Part shown: piece after piece, positions 10,512 through 20,101 of the stretch
Layout of the letters: the number at the start of each line of letters is the position of its first letter
Numbering within the stretch: the first letter of the stretch is position 1
NCBI GenBank assembly: GCA_963822965.1
Contig: CAWGJT010000006.1
Location: 832,001 to 896,000, forward strand
Reading direction: 5' to 3'
Origin: an uncultured delta proteobacterium
GTDB taxonomy: Bacteria; Myxococcota_A; UBA9160; UBA4427
Length of the DNA: 64,000 nt
Position numbers and translations under genes: made by a program
The notes under the pieces: model-generated
Told to the model about the DNA's origin: nothing
What the model saw: the letters and a program-made list of their open reading frames with translations, nothing else
Databases searched by the model: none

Positions 10512-11990
10512 CTACCGCGGGGCGTCCGGCGCCCGGCGGATGCGCTCGGCGGCGAGCGCCAGGCCCGACAGCAGCGCGTTGCGCAGCTCCCGCGGATCGA
10601 TCACCTCGTCGTAGGCCATCACCCGGGCCATCGCCCAGGGGCCGGCCTCCTGGCGTCGCTCCACCTCGGCCTGGGCGTCGGCGTCGAGCTTCGCCGCGGC
10701 ACCGCCGCTGGCCGCGGGCATGGCGCCGATGGTGAGAGACGGAAACGCCAGCACGATCGTCTGATCGTCGCACGGGTTCTGGGCCATCACCGTCGAGCCG
10801 AATCCGAAGGCCTTGCGGAACGTGACGTGCAGCTTGGGGGCGCGCAGGCGGCGCTGGGCCTTGAACATCTTGCCGCCCCACTTGAGGATGCCTTCCCGCT
10901 CGGCCTTCGTCCCCGCGAGCACACCGGGATTGTCCGCCAGGAACACCACCGGCAGGTGGAAGGCGCCGACCGTCTCGAGGAAGTCCGTCGCCTTGATGGC
11001 GGCCGCGCTGTCCACCGCGCCCGAGCGGACCCAGGGCTCGTTGGCGACGATCGCCACCGCCTGCCCGCCCAGGAAGGCGAGACCGGTGAGCAGCGACGCG
11101 CCGTATCGGGGCTGCACTTCGAAGAAGGAGTCGGCGTCCACCAGCCGCTCGACGACCCGGCGCATGCGATAGGGCTTGCGGGCGTCCAGCGGGATCCAGT
11201 CGAGAAGCTCGTCGAGCAACCGCGGGCCGACGTCGGGGCCTGCCCGGCGCGGCGCCGGCTCGAAGCGGCTCGAGGGCATGTACTCGAGATAGCGGCGGGC
11301 CAGGGCGATGGCGGCCGCGTCGTCCGCGGCCACGTTGTGAACCGTGCCCGCGATCTCGGCGCACACCCGGGGACCGCCCAGCTCCTCCTTGGTGACGTCC
11401 TCGCCGAGGGCCGCCTTCACCAGCGGCGGCCCGCCGGTGAACATGGCGCCCGCCTCGCTCATGACGGTGAAGTCCGAGAGCGGCGACGTGAGGGCCCCGT
11501 GGCCCGCGGAGGCCCCGAGCACCAGGCACACCATCGGCACCTGGCCCGAGCAGTCGGCCAGGGCCAGCAGGTCGCTGGGCGCACGACCGACGGCGCCCGC
11601 CTCGGTCAGCCGATGTCCCGCCCCGTCCAGCAGGAAGACGAGGGGAATGCGCTCCTGCAGGGCGAGCTCGCAGACGCGATGGCGCTTGGCCATCGAACCT
11701 GTGCCGATGGAGCCACCCAGCACCGTGAAGTCCTCGGCGGCGGCCAACACCCGACGGCCGTTGACCAGGCCGTGGCCCGCCACCAGGGCGTCGCACGGCA
11801 CCCGCTCGCCTCCCACGAGGGTGCCCAGCTCGTCGAAGGTGCCGCCGTCGAAGAGCAGCGCCAGCCGCCGGCGCGCGTCGAGCTTCCCGCGCGCGGTCAT
11901 CAGCCGCTCGACCCGTTCCGGGCCGCCCATGGCCCGGCCGGCGGCGCGCCGCCGCTCGAGCGCCGCCAGCACCTGCTTCCAGTCGCTCAT
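10512..11990 (-). CDS. Acyl-CoA carboxylase carboxyltransferase (beta) subunit
   Basis: GKLDARRRL, DFTVLGGSIG, GGPPLVKAALGE...ELGG, ADNPG. Confidence 0.9.
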   Translation of the reverse strand: MSDWKQVLAALERRRAAGRAMGGPERVERLMTARGKLDARRRLALLFDGGTFDELGTLVGGERVPCDALVAGHGLVNGRRVLAAAEDFTVLGGSIGTGSMAKRHRVCELALQERIPLVFLLDGAGHRLTEAGAVGRAPSDLLALADCSGQVPMVCLVLGASAGHGALTSPLSDFTVMSEAGAMFTGGPPLVKAALGEDVTKEELGGPRVCAEIAGTVHNVAADDAAAIALARRYLEYMPSSRFEPAPRRAGPDVGPRLLDELLDWIPLDARKPYRMRRVVERLVDADSFFEVQPRYGASLLTGLAFLGGQAVAIVANEPWVRSGAVDSAAAIKATDFLETVGAFHLPVVFLADNPGVLAGTKAEREGILKWGGKMFKAQRRLRAPKLHVTFRKAFGFGSTVMAQNPCDDQTIVLAFPSLTIGAMPAASGGAAAKLDADAQAEVERRQEAGPWAMARVMAYDEVIDPRELRNALLSGLALAAERIRRAPDAPR

Positions 11991-12015
11991 GCGCGAGACT
12001 CTAGCGTCGGGCGCG

Positions 12016-12862
12016 TCACGCCGTGGGCTCGCTCAGCGGGGCGCCGCAGTCCTGGCAGAAGCGCGCGGTCGCCGAGTGTCCCTCGCTCGTGCAGCGGGGA
12101 CAGCAGCGCGTGGTCGGGACGGTGACGTTGCTGGGCCGACTCGACGATCTCGGCGGTCACGATGCCCGTCGGGACGGCCAGGATGCTGTAGCCCAGGATC
12201 ATGACCAGCGACGCGAGCGCCTTGCCGGCCACGGTCTGGGGCGCCAGGTCGCCGTAGCCGACGGTGGTCATGGTGACGATGGACCAGTAGACCGAGACGG
12301 GAATGCTCGTGAAGCCGTTCCGCTCCCCCTCGATGAGATACATGGCGGCGCCCAGGATCGTGACCAGGACGAGCACCGTCCCGAGGAAGACGATGATCTT
12401 GTGGCGGCTCGCGGCGAGCGCCGCGCGCAGGATGCTGGCCTCGCCCAGGAACTGCCCGAGCTTGAAGACGCGGAAGATGCGCAGGAGCCGCAATCCGCGG
12501 ATCACCAGCAGCGACTGGGCCCCGGGCAGGACGATGCTGAGGTACGTGGGCAGGATCGCCAGCAGGTCGACCACACCGAAGAACGAGCGGGCATAGCGAA
12601 GAGGCTGGCGCACCGAGGCGAGACGAAGCCCGTACTCGACGCTGAAGAGGAGCGTGAACACCCACTCGGCGACGAGCAGGAAACGCCCGTGGGCGACTCG
12701 GATGGTGGGGACGCTCTCGAGCATCACCGCCAGCACGCTCAGCAGGATGGCGAGCAGGAGCGCGACGTCGAAGGCCTTGCCGGCGGGGGTGTCCGCCTCG
12801 AAGATCACGACGCGCAGCCGCTCGCGCCAGCCGGATTGTCCGGGCCCGCTCGTGGTGCTCAT
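12016..12862 (-). CDS. Voltage-gated potassium channel / ion transporter with C-terminal zinc ribbon (one extra base near 12133)
   Basis: K+ selectivity filter TTVGYGD and S4 helix RGLRLLRIFRVFK. Shifting frame after AEIVESA gives CCPRC...FCQDCGAPL and a stop at 12016. Confidence 0.9.
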
Positions 12863-12924
12863 GGCGGAGGAGTCTATTGGGCCTCGCGAGGAGGGCCACC
12901 GCCGGGCGTCTGTCTGCGACCGCT

Positions 12925-13185
12925 TCAGTCTTCGGGGTCGGAGCTCTCGTCGCGCAGGCCCACCGAGGGGCCGCCCAGCTGGTGCTCGATGCGGCTCAGC
13001 TGGCGGTCGCGGGCTCCGGTGGCCGAGCCCTGGATGCGCTCCAGCGGCGACCGCGCGTCGCCGTGGGCCTCTGCGAACCCCGAGAGCGCGCCGCCGAAGG
13101 CACCGGCCGTCCCGTGGGCATAGATCTCGACCCCGACCCAGATGCAGGCGAAGAGGAAGACGAGCGAGACGAGGCGGAACCACAT
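12925..13185 (-). CDS. Small hypothetical protein with N-terminal hydrophobic segment
   Basis: MWFRLVSLVFLFACIWVGVEIY...; fills the gap between the channel and histone genes. Confidence 0.55.
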   Translation of the reverse strand: MWFRLVSLVFLFACIWVGVEIYAHGTAGAFGGALSGFAEAHGDARSPLERIQGSATGARDRQLSRIEHQLGGPSVGLRDESSDPED

Positions 13186-13401
13186 GTCCTGCGGCTCGGC
13201 ACCTCGCCCGGAAAACTGGAGGAGCCGCCCTCCTCCCGCTCCTGGTGGCCCTCCCGGCCGGGCTGTGCATCGGATTGCGGAGCCGGCTTCGCGGTGGGCG
13301 GGCAGTCGTGTTATGGGTTGCGTCCGGCGGACCGGGACCCCGTGCGCAGCCCGATCTGCCCGGTCCATTCATCGAGCCCATCCATCGAGAGGAAGCGACG
13401 A

Positions 13402-13926
13402 GTGACGCAAGCGAACGAGTGGCGGCGGTGCAGCGCCTGCAAGAAACCCATCGCTCTCGGCGCCCCCTACTACGTCTGCAGCGTCTCGACCTGCAACCGC
13501 CCGCGCACGGGCCTCGTCTTCTGCGACGTCTCCTGCTGGGAGGTCCACCTGCCCGTCGCCCGGCACCGGGAGGCGTGGGCCGAAGAGGCGATGGCACCCC
13601 GGACCGCCGACGCGCAGGCTCCCGCGCAGGGGAAGACCGGCGCCCCGGCCCGCAACGCAGCGCCCGCGCCCCGGCCTCCGAAGCGAACCCTGGCCCGCCC
13701 CGCCGGGTCGTCGCCGCCGGCGGCCCCGGCCCTGCCGGAAGAGGTCCTGGTCGTGGCCAGCCGCCTCAAGGAGTACGTGCGCGCTCGCGCCGGCATGAAC
13801 ACCTCCGACCGCGTCCTCGAGCCCCTCTCCGAGATCGTCCGATCCGTCTGCGACGAGGCCATCCGCAACGCCGAGAAGGACGGCCGGAAGACCGTCCTCG
13901 ACCGCGACATCCCCCGCCGGCGCTGA
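13402..13926 (+). CDS. Bacterial histone-fold protein with N-terminal Cys/His zinc finger (ZZ-histone / Bd3044-like)
   Basis: N-terminal CSAC..CSVSTC..CDVSC..H..H, Pro/Ala linker, then EVLVVASRLKEYVRARAGMNTS...AIRNAEKDGRKTVLDRDI, which closely resembles Bdellovibrio histone Bd0055. GAGAGGA RBS with GTG 13402. Confidence 0.88.
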   Translation: MTQANEWRRCSACKKPIALGAPYYVCSVSTCNRPRTGLVFCDVSCWEVHLPVARHREAWAEEAMAPRTADAQAPAQGKTGAPARNAAPAPRPPKRTLARPAGSSPPAAPALPEEVLVVASRLKEYVRARAGMNTSDRVLEPLSEIVRSVCDEAIRNAEKDGRKTVLDRDIPRRR

Positions 13927-13978
13927 GTCGGCGGGCGGACACGTCGCGCGGCGCGCCAACCCCGAGTGAGGAGACCCC

Positions 13979-14755
13979 ATGGCCAGCCCTTCCGAGCGAA
14001 TCCCGCAGCTCGACGGACGCAACGCCGGGTCGCGCCGTCTGCGCACGCCGGCCGAGATCCGGGCGCGCCGCAAGCGCGACGTGGCGCTGGGCTACCGCCT
14101 CTTCGCCGCCCAGCGCTGGGGAGACCTGGGCGACGGTCACATCAGCGCCCGGGACCCAGAGCGCACGGACTGCTTCTGGATGCTGCGCTACGGCATCTCG
14201 TACCACCGCGCGACCGTCGCCGACCTGGTGCTGGTGGGGCCCGAGGGCCACCTGGTGGAAGGCGAGGGACCCATCAACGTCGCCGCCTACTACATCCACT
14301 GGCCGATCCTGGCTGCGCGCACCGAGGCCGTGAGCGCCGCGCACGTCCACACGGGCTGGGGCACCCCCTTCTGCGCCGAGGTGCGGCCCATCCTGCCCAT
14401 CACCCAGGAGTCGTGCATCTTCTTCGAGGACCACGCGATCTTCGACGACGAAGAGGTGCAGATCCAGGACACCGAGGGGGGGCGTCGCATCGCCCGGGCC
14501 CTGGGAACGAACCGCGCCGTGCTGCTGCGCAACCACGGCCTGCTCACCGTGGGCGAGAGCGTCGCCGAGGCGGTGGGGTGCTTCGTGCACCTCGAGCGCG
14601 TCGCCGAGGCCCACATGAAGGCCCGCGATGCGAAGCCGATCTCGGCGGAGGCGGCCCGCTACGCGAAGCAGGACCTGGTGCGCTACGGCGCCGGCCGCGC
14701 CGCCTTCCGGTCGCTGGTGGAGCGACACGTGGGAGACCCCGCGATCGTGGAGTGA
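13979..14755 (+). CDS. Class II aldolase/adducin family protein
   Basis: GHISARDP, IH...HVHT, LLRNHG. Confidence 0.9.
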   Translation: MASPSERIPQLDGRNAGSRRLRTPAEIRARRKRDVALGYRLFAAQRWGDLGDGHISARDPERTDCFWMLRYGISYHRATVADLVLVGPEGHLVEGEGPINVAAYYIHWPILAARTEAVSAAHVHTGWGTPFCAEVRPILPITQESCIFFEDHAIFDDEEVQIQDTEGGRRIARALGTNRAVLLRNHGLLTVGESVAEAVGCFVHLERVAEAHMKARDAKPISAEAARYAKQDLVRYGAGRAAFRSLVERHVGDPAIVE

Positions 14756-14786
14756 GGCCGCCCGCGCTGCCGTCTCCCGTGCGCGC

Positions 14787-15779
14787 TCAGCGCCTGCGCG
14801 CCGCTGCGAGCGCGCCGACGACCGCGAGGAGGAGCCCGGTGCCGGCCACTCCCAGACCCGAGAGCGCCGGGACCGCCGGACCCGAGCCCGGCACCACGTA
14901 CGGATAGGCGAAGACCACGAAGCGCTCGAAGACGGTCTCGCCCGGCGCCACTTCGTCGCTGAAGATGTCGATGTTCGTATGCCCCTTGCCGGGGAATACG
15001 TGGAGCTCGACGGGGAGCCCTGCGGCCAGCGCCTGGTCGCGCAACGCGTAGGCGCCCGAGACGGGCACCGTCGCGTCCGCGTCGCCGTGGGACAGGAAGA
15101 GCGCCGCGTCGGTCCCCGACACGACGGGCGTCAGCGTCTCGAAGGCACCCGACATGTTGAACGTGACCCGCGGCGGCGCCGGCAACACCACGCCCGCCTC
15201 GTCGGACACGTAGCCGACCAGCTCCGTGAGCACGCCTCCGGCCGAGTAGCCCGCGAGCGCCATGCGACCCGGGTCGATCCCGAGCGGGGCGGCGTCGTCC
15301 ACCAGCCACTGCATGGCCGCCACGGTGTCCTCGTAGGCCGCGGCGATGGCGGTCGCGAGCCCCGGATCGGCCAGGGCGACGAGGCCCTCGAGGGTCTGGT
15401 ACTCCGGGCCCACGACGGGATCGTCCCCCTGGAGGCGATACTCGATGGACACGCAGGTGTAGCCGCGGCGCGCCATCCGCTCGCACAGGCCGAGCATCGT
15501 CCCGGAGAAGCGGCTCCCGCCGGTGAAGCCGCCCCCGTGGATCGCCACGACGACCGGCCGCGACGCCGGAACGCCTGGCCCCGAAGGCTGGTAGAGCTGG
15601 AGGTGAAGCTCGCGGTCGACGGGCGGGCTCCCGACGGGCTTCGTGGCGTACACGACCGAGCTCGTGAGTGTGAAGCCGAACTGCTCGTCCAGGTACAGGG
15701 TCTGGGCGGCGCCGGGTGCGCCGGAGAGCACGGTCACCGACACCGCCAGGAGGAGCGTCAGAACGGGACGAACAGCCAT
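14787..15779 (-). CDS. Secreted alpha/beta hydrolase (esterase) with IPTL-CTERM-like tail
   Basis: Signal peptide; HGGGF, GYSAG, HGDADATVP, GKGH; C-terminal VPALSGLG-TM-RRR. Confidence 0.88.
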   Translation of the reverse strand: MAVRPVLTLLLAVSVTVLSGAPGAAQTLYLDEQFGFTLTSSVVYATKPVGSPPVDRELHLQLYQPSGPGVPASRPVVVAIHGGGFTGGSRFSGTMLGLCERMARRGYTCVSIEYRLQGDDPVVGPEYQTLEGLVALADPGLATAIAAAYEDTVAAMQWLVDDAAPLGIDPGRMALAGYSAGGVLTELVGYVSDEAGVVLPAPPRVTFNMSGAFETLTPVVSGTDAALFLSHGDADATVPVSGAYALRDQALAAGLPVELHVFPGKGHTNIDIFSDEVAPGETVFERFVVFAYPYVVPGSGPAVPALSGLGVAGTGLLLAVVGALAAARRR

Positions 15780-15908
15780 CCAGCGATTCTCGCACGAAGC
15801 GGCCGCCCGGGTGGGGACGGAAGCGATGCGCCGCCGGGCGTGCCGTTTGTGATACAAGAGACGGTGGGCGAGACGCCCCGGGGCGCGAGCGAGGAGCCAC
15901 GAGCGAAG

Positions 15909-17108
15909 ATGTCACGATCGAAGCTGTCGGACGACCTCACGCGGCGGGACTTCCTGCGCACGAGCGGGTGGCTGGGCGCCCAGGCGGTCGTGGGCTCGTC
16001 CCTCTTCGCGCTCGCCTGCGACGTCTCGTTCTTCGGCCCCCTCCAGGAGCCGGACGAGAACGGGATCCGCCTGCCGAGCGGGTTTCGCTCCCGGGTGCTG
16101 GCCCGCAGCGGCGAGCCCGTCGCCGGCACGGACCACGTCTGGCACACCGCGCCCGACGGCGGCGCCGTCTTCCCCACCCGGCACGGCTGGATCTACGTGT
16201 CCAACTCCGAGCAGAGCCCGGGAGGCGGCGTCGGCGCCCTGCGCTTCGACCGGGCGGGCCGGGTGCGGGACGCCTACCCGATCTGCGCCGGCACCCGCCG
16301 CAACTGCGCGGGCGGGGCCACGCCCTGGGGTACCTGGCTCTCGTGCGAGGAGGTGGCGACGGGCCTCGTCTACGAGTGCGATCCCGAAGGCGTCCTGCCG
16401 CAGCAGGCCCGACCCGCGCTCGGCGCCTTCAACCATGAGGCGGTCGCCGTCGATCCCGCCGACGGGCGCCTCTACCTGACCGAGGACCGGCCCGACGGGC
16501 GTCTCTACCGCTTCACACCCAACGCCCGGGACAACCTGGAGTCGGGACTGCTCGAGGTGGCCCAGGTCGTCCCGGGCTTCTACGTCGTCTGGCATCCCGT
16601 TCCCGATCCGAACCCCGGCCCGGGCGACGTTCCCACCCGCCGGCAGGTGCCGGCCAGCACGCCCTTCCGGGGCGGCGAGGGCATCGTCCACGACGCCGGG
16701 CACGTCTACTTCACGACCAAGCACGACGACCGGGTGTGGGACCTCGACCTGCGCGCCCAGCACCTGCGCGTGGTCTACTACCGCGCCAACGATCCCCTGC
16801 AGCAGCTCGGCGGCGTCGACAACGTGACCGTCACGCCCGGCGGCGATCTCGTGGTCGCCGAGGACGGCGGCAACATGGAGCTCGTCCTGTTGACGCTGGA
16901 GGGTGTCGGCCTTCCGCTCCTGCGGGTCATCGGCCAGGACCGGTCCGAGCTGACGGGCCCGGCCTTCGATCCCCACGGCATGCGTCTCTACTTCAGCTCC
17001 CAGCGCGGGAGCGACGGGCGCGGCATCACCTACGAGGTGCGGGGCCCCTTTCCGTCCATGCGCCGCAACGCGCTCCGGCACGAGGCTGTGGAGGCACCCG
17101 GGGCCTAG
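15909..17108 (+). CDS. Tat-exported PhoX-like alkaline phosphatase (DUF839)
   Basis: Twin-arginine TRRDFL; APDGG, YVSNSE, NCAGGATPWGTWLSCEE, HEAVA, YLTED, VDN, AEDG, SELTGPAF. Confidence 0.88.
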   Translation: MSRSKLSDDLTRRDFLRTSGWLGAQAVVGSSLFALACDVSFFGPLQEPDENGIRLPSGFRSRVLARSGEPVAGTDHVWHTAPDGGAVFPTRHGWIYVSNSEQSPGGGVGALRFDRAGRVRDAYPICAGTRRNCAGGATPWGTWLSCEEVATGLVYECDPEGVLPQQARPALGAFNHEAVAVDPADGRLYLTEDRPDGRLYRFTPNARDNLESGLLEVAQVVPGFYVVWHPVPDPNPGPGDVPTRRQVPASTPFRGGEGIVHDAGHVYFTTKHDDRVWDLDLRAQHLRVVYYRANDPLQQLGGVDNVTVTPGGDLVVAEDGGNMELVLLTLEGVGLPLLRVIGQDRSELTGPAFDPHGMRLYFSSQRGSDGRGITYEVRGPFPSMRRNALRHEAVEAPGA

Positions 17109-17120
17109 AGGAGACGACAT

Positions 17121-17744
17121 ATGTCCGGGAAGCGGTCGGCCGCAACGCTCGTCGTGCTGATCTTCGCCGCGGCGTTCTCCGCGCTTCCCGCCGCCGCGGA
17201 CGGGGCGGCGGACGCGGAGACCGGAACCGCGCGAACGGGCCTGTACGCCGGGGTCGGCGTCCAGGGCGGCGTCTACACCGAGTTCGACGACGAGCTGAAG
17301 GACAACATCCCGGGCTTCGACTTCGACACGGACCCCGCCGTCGGCTTCGACGTCTTCGCGGGCTACCGCGTCCACCGCTACGTGGCCGCGGAGCTGGAGT
17401 TCGAGATGCTGCCTGCGACCGACACGGACGTCTCGGGCCTGGGCAAGATCGGCACCCTCGAGACCTGGACAGTCACGACCAATCTGAAGCTCCTGCCCCT
17501 GGCCGGTCGCGTGCAGCCCTTCGCGCTCGCCGGCATCGGCGCCCTCCACGCCAAGGTATCGGCCAGCGGCAGCCCGGCCGACGAGTCGGACGCGGACTTC
17601 GCGGCCCGCTTCGGCGGGGGCGTCGACGTCTACGTGACCGACCACATCGTGGTGTGGGCCCGGAGCACCTACGTGCTCCCGACGGGGAGCGTGGACTTCG
17701 TCGACTACGTGGACTTCGGCGGCGGCCTCCAGTACCGCTTCTGA
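17121..17744 (+). CDS. Outer-membrane beta-barrel protein (OmpA-like transmembrane domain)
   Basis: Signal peptide, amphipathic strands, C-terminal GLQYRF. Confidence 0.85.
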   Translation: MSGKRSAATLVVLIFAAAFSALPAAADGAADAETGTARTGLYAGVGVQGGVYTEFDDELKDNIPGFDFDTDPAVGFDVFAGYRVHRYVAAELEFEMLPATDTDVSGLGKIGTLETWTVTTNLKLLPLAGRVQPFALAGIGALHAKVSASGSPADESDADFAARFGGGVDVYVTDHIVVWARSTYVLPTGSVDFVDYVDFGGGLQYRF

Positions 17745-18619
17745 GGGCGTCCCGGGGCGACGCGCGCCGCCTCCCGGGCGGCGATCTCCGCGTCGTCGGC
17801 CTCGAGCGAGTTGACGTAGCCGTCCGCGAGCGACTTCTCCGGGTGCCGACCCGCGAGCTGCCCCATGAACGGCGGGTGGATCGAGTAGCCGATCAGCTGG
17901 CGCAGGCGCGGCGACATGGCCCGCACGCGCTCGCGCGGGATCGACACCATGAAGTTCTCCTGCTGGCGCGCCCAGGGCTCGCAGTACTGGTGGCTGAACG
18001 CACGCCGCGGCAGCTGGGAACGGTTGGCCCCGCCCCGGTGGAGCAGGGTACCCGCGAAGACGACCAGCGACCCGGCCTCCATCTCGATGGGAACGAGCTG
18101 GGACACGAGCGACTCGTCCTGGGGGGCGTCGGGGTCGATCTTGTAGGCCGTCGCCACCTGCTCGTCGCTCCAGGCATGGCTTCCCGGGATCACCTCCGTG
18201 CCGCCGTTGGCCGCCGTGAAGTCGTCGAGCGCCCAGATCGTCGAGACGCTCACCGCGGGCCGCGGCCGCGGCAGCGTGTAGAACGTGTCGTCGAAGTGCA
18301 CGGGCTGGGGGGTCTCCCCCGGCCCGATGCAGATGGCCTGGCTGGCGGTGAGCAGGTAGCCCGGGTGCAGCAGCGCATCGAGCAGCTCGAGGACGGCCGG
18401 GTGCTCCGCGCTGCGCTCGAAGACGGCCCCGCGCCCCACCAGGGAGTAGACCCGCTGGGTCCGCTCCCCTTCGAAGTTGTTTCGTCCCCGCAGCTCGAGC
18501 TCGAGGTAGGGCTGCAAGGCCGCTCGCATCGCGTCGACCTGGGAAGCGTCCAGCACGTCGCGCAGGACGACGAAGCCGTGTTCCCGATACTGCTGGAGGA
18601 GCTGCTCGCTGGCGCCCAT
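17705..18619 (-). CDS. Phytanoyl-CoA dioxygenase family Fe(II)/2-oxoglutarate oxygenase
   Basis: QPVHFDD, WALDDFTAANGGT..IPGSH, LHRGGAN. Confidence 0.9.
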   Translation of the reverse strand: MGASEQLLQQYREHGFVVLRDVLDASQVDAMRAALQPYLELELRGRNNFEGERTQRVYSLVGRGAVFERSAEHPAVLELLDALLHPGYLLTASQAICIGPGETPQPVHFDDTFYTLPRPRPAVSVSTIWALDDFTAANGGTEVIPGSHAWSDEQVATAYKIDPDAPQDESLVSQLVPIEMEAGSLVVFAGTLLHRGGANRSQLPRRAFSHQYCEPWARQQENFMVSIPRERVRAMSPRLRQLIGYSIHPPFMGQLAGRHPEKSLADGYVNSLEADDAEIAAREAARVAPGRPQKRYWRPPPKST

Positions 18620-18903
18620 GACACGATGTCTCCGACGGTCTGCGATCCACGATAGCGGGCCCCGCGGGCCGCACCATTCGTCGGCAACCGACACCGCAAA
18701 CGGGGGCGATCCGCTCCTCGCGGGCAGCACCGACCCGAGCTACGACTTCGACGGCGACGGCGTGGTCGGCCTCGACGACGTCCTCCGGCTCCGCAGCGAC
18801 ACCATCCTTCGCGTGGACCCGGGCTCCTCCGGCCTGGCCTGGGCGGGAACCGCTCCCTGCCCGCAGCGTCGGGATCCGGCCGGCCGAGTGGTCACAAAAC
18901 GTC

Positions 18904-19440
18904 TCAGAAGTGGAAGCCGAACGCGGCTCCGTAGATCACGGCGTCCTTTCCGGTGCTGTAGTCGTAGTGGACCTGCGGCGTGAAGACGAACGCCCCGATC
19001 TCGAACTCGTAGAGGAGGCCCGCGCGGTAGACGAACTCCCTCTTGTCGGTCTTCCTCGTCCCGCCAGGCTCTTCCTCCTCCTCCCTCACGAATTCGACCC
19101 CCGGTCCCGTCTGGATGCCGAGTCCCCGCCAGAGGTGGAGGTCCACGACCCCGAGGAGCGTCACGGCATCGATGTCGTCGGTGGCGTACTCGACCACCGC
19201 CCCGACCCCGACGAAGTCGTGGATCCGATGCTCGTAGTCGAGTCCGACCGTGAAGACGTCCTCGTCCTCATCGGATGTCCCCGCCAGGATCAACGACACC
19301 GTGCTCGGCTTCGCGCGCCATCCCTCTTCGTGGGCCTCCTCGGCCGATGCGATTCCGGGCGCGGCGAGGAGCACCGCCGCGAGCAGCAGACGCCACCCCA
19401 AACGAGGAAACGAGGGACACGTTGAGCCCAATGACGGCAC
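18904..19440 (-). CDS. Exported hypothetical protein, small outer-membrane beta-barrel-like
   Basis: Signal LLLAAVLLAAPGIASA, alternating strands, terminal FGFHF. Start uncertain (GTG 19440 or TTG 19401). Confidence 0.7.
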   Translation of the reverse strand: MPSLGSTCPSFPRLGWRLLLAAVLLAAPGIASAEEAHEEGWRAKPSTVSLILAGTSDEDEDVFTVGLDYEHRIHDFVGVGAVVEYATDDIDAVTLLGVVDLHLWRGLGIQTGPGVEFVREEEEEPGGTRKTDKREFVYRAGLLYEFEIGAFVFTPQVHYDYSTGKDAVIYGAAFGFHF

Positions 19441-19667
19441 CTCCCAGCGAGCATCGCGCGAGTCCGCTGCCCGATCGAGGAGGCTAGGATCGATCGATCG
19501 CCGGGCGGCCGCAACTCGACGAAGGATGGAGGCGCCGGGGAACGATTCGGCGACCCGCCGAGCGCAGCCGATCGAGCTCGGCCGCTGGCTGCACGTCGCC
19601 GGACGGCGACTCGCGGCCGGCAAAGAGAACGCCCCCGATGCGGCGACCGGGGCCGTTCGATTTCCCC

Positions 19668-19712
19668 TGGAGCACGAGACCGGATTCGAACCGGCGACCC
19701 TGACGTTGGCAA
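19668..19712 (-). repeat. Duplicated 3' half of tRNA-Gly(GCC); island attachment site
   Basis: 44/45 identical to 48239-48283, running from the anticodon loop to the CCA end. Confidence 0.93.
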
Positions 19713-19953
19713 GAGCCGGGGAGCCCGAGGAAGACCAGTGAGTTGCGGCTCTCGGCCCGGACAGCCGCGGACAGGAGCGGCCCCGGATGGACTCCGCGAC
19801 GGCAGACGGCACCCTCGCGGCACCCCACCCCCCATACGGGGGTCTGGGGCGACGAGGAATTCGGCGCCCGAAGTGAGATTCTCCGCGATTCCGCGAGGTC
19901 TTGGCGGCCGACCGCGGATGGCTCCGAACCGAGACCGGCGCGCTGCGCTTGAA

Positions 19954-19974
19954 TGGAGGCGCCACCGGGAATCG
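19954..19974 (-). repeat. Probable 3'-end remnant of a tRNA-Cys-like gene (second att-like fragment)
   Basis: Minus strand reads CGATTCCCGGTGGCGCCTCCA: T-loop end, acceptor stem, U discriminator and CCA. Confidence 0.5.
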
Positions 19975-20101
19975 TCTTGTCCGCAAACCGGGCGGCCCGG
20001 CCCGGGAGCCCGTCGTAGCCGGTCGTTCACCTTTGCGGCGGGGACGCTTGGGGATAGGCGGATCCGGTCCGGCCACGAGCGCCTCCTGGAGCGGACGGCT
20101 T

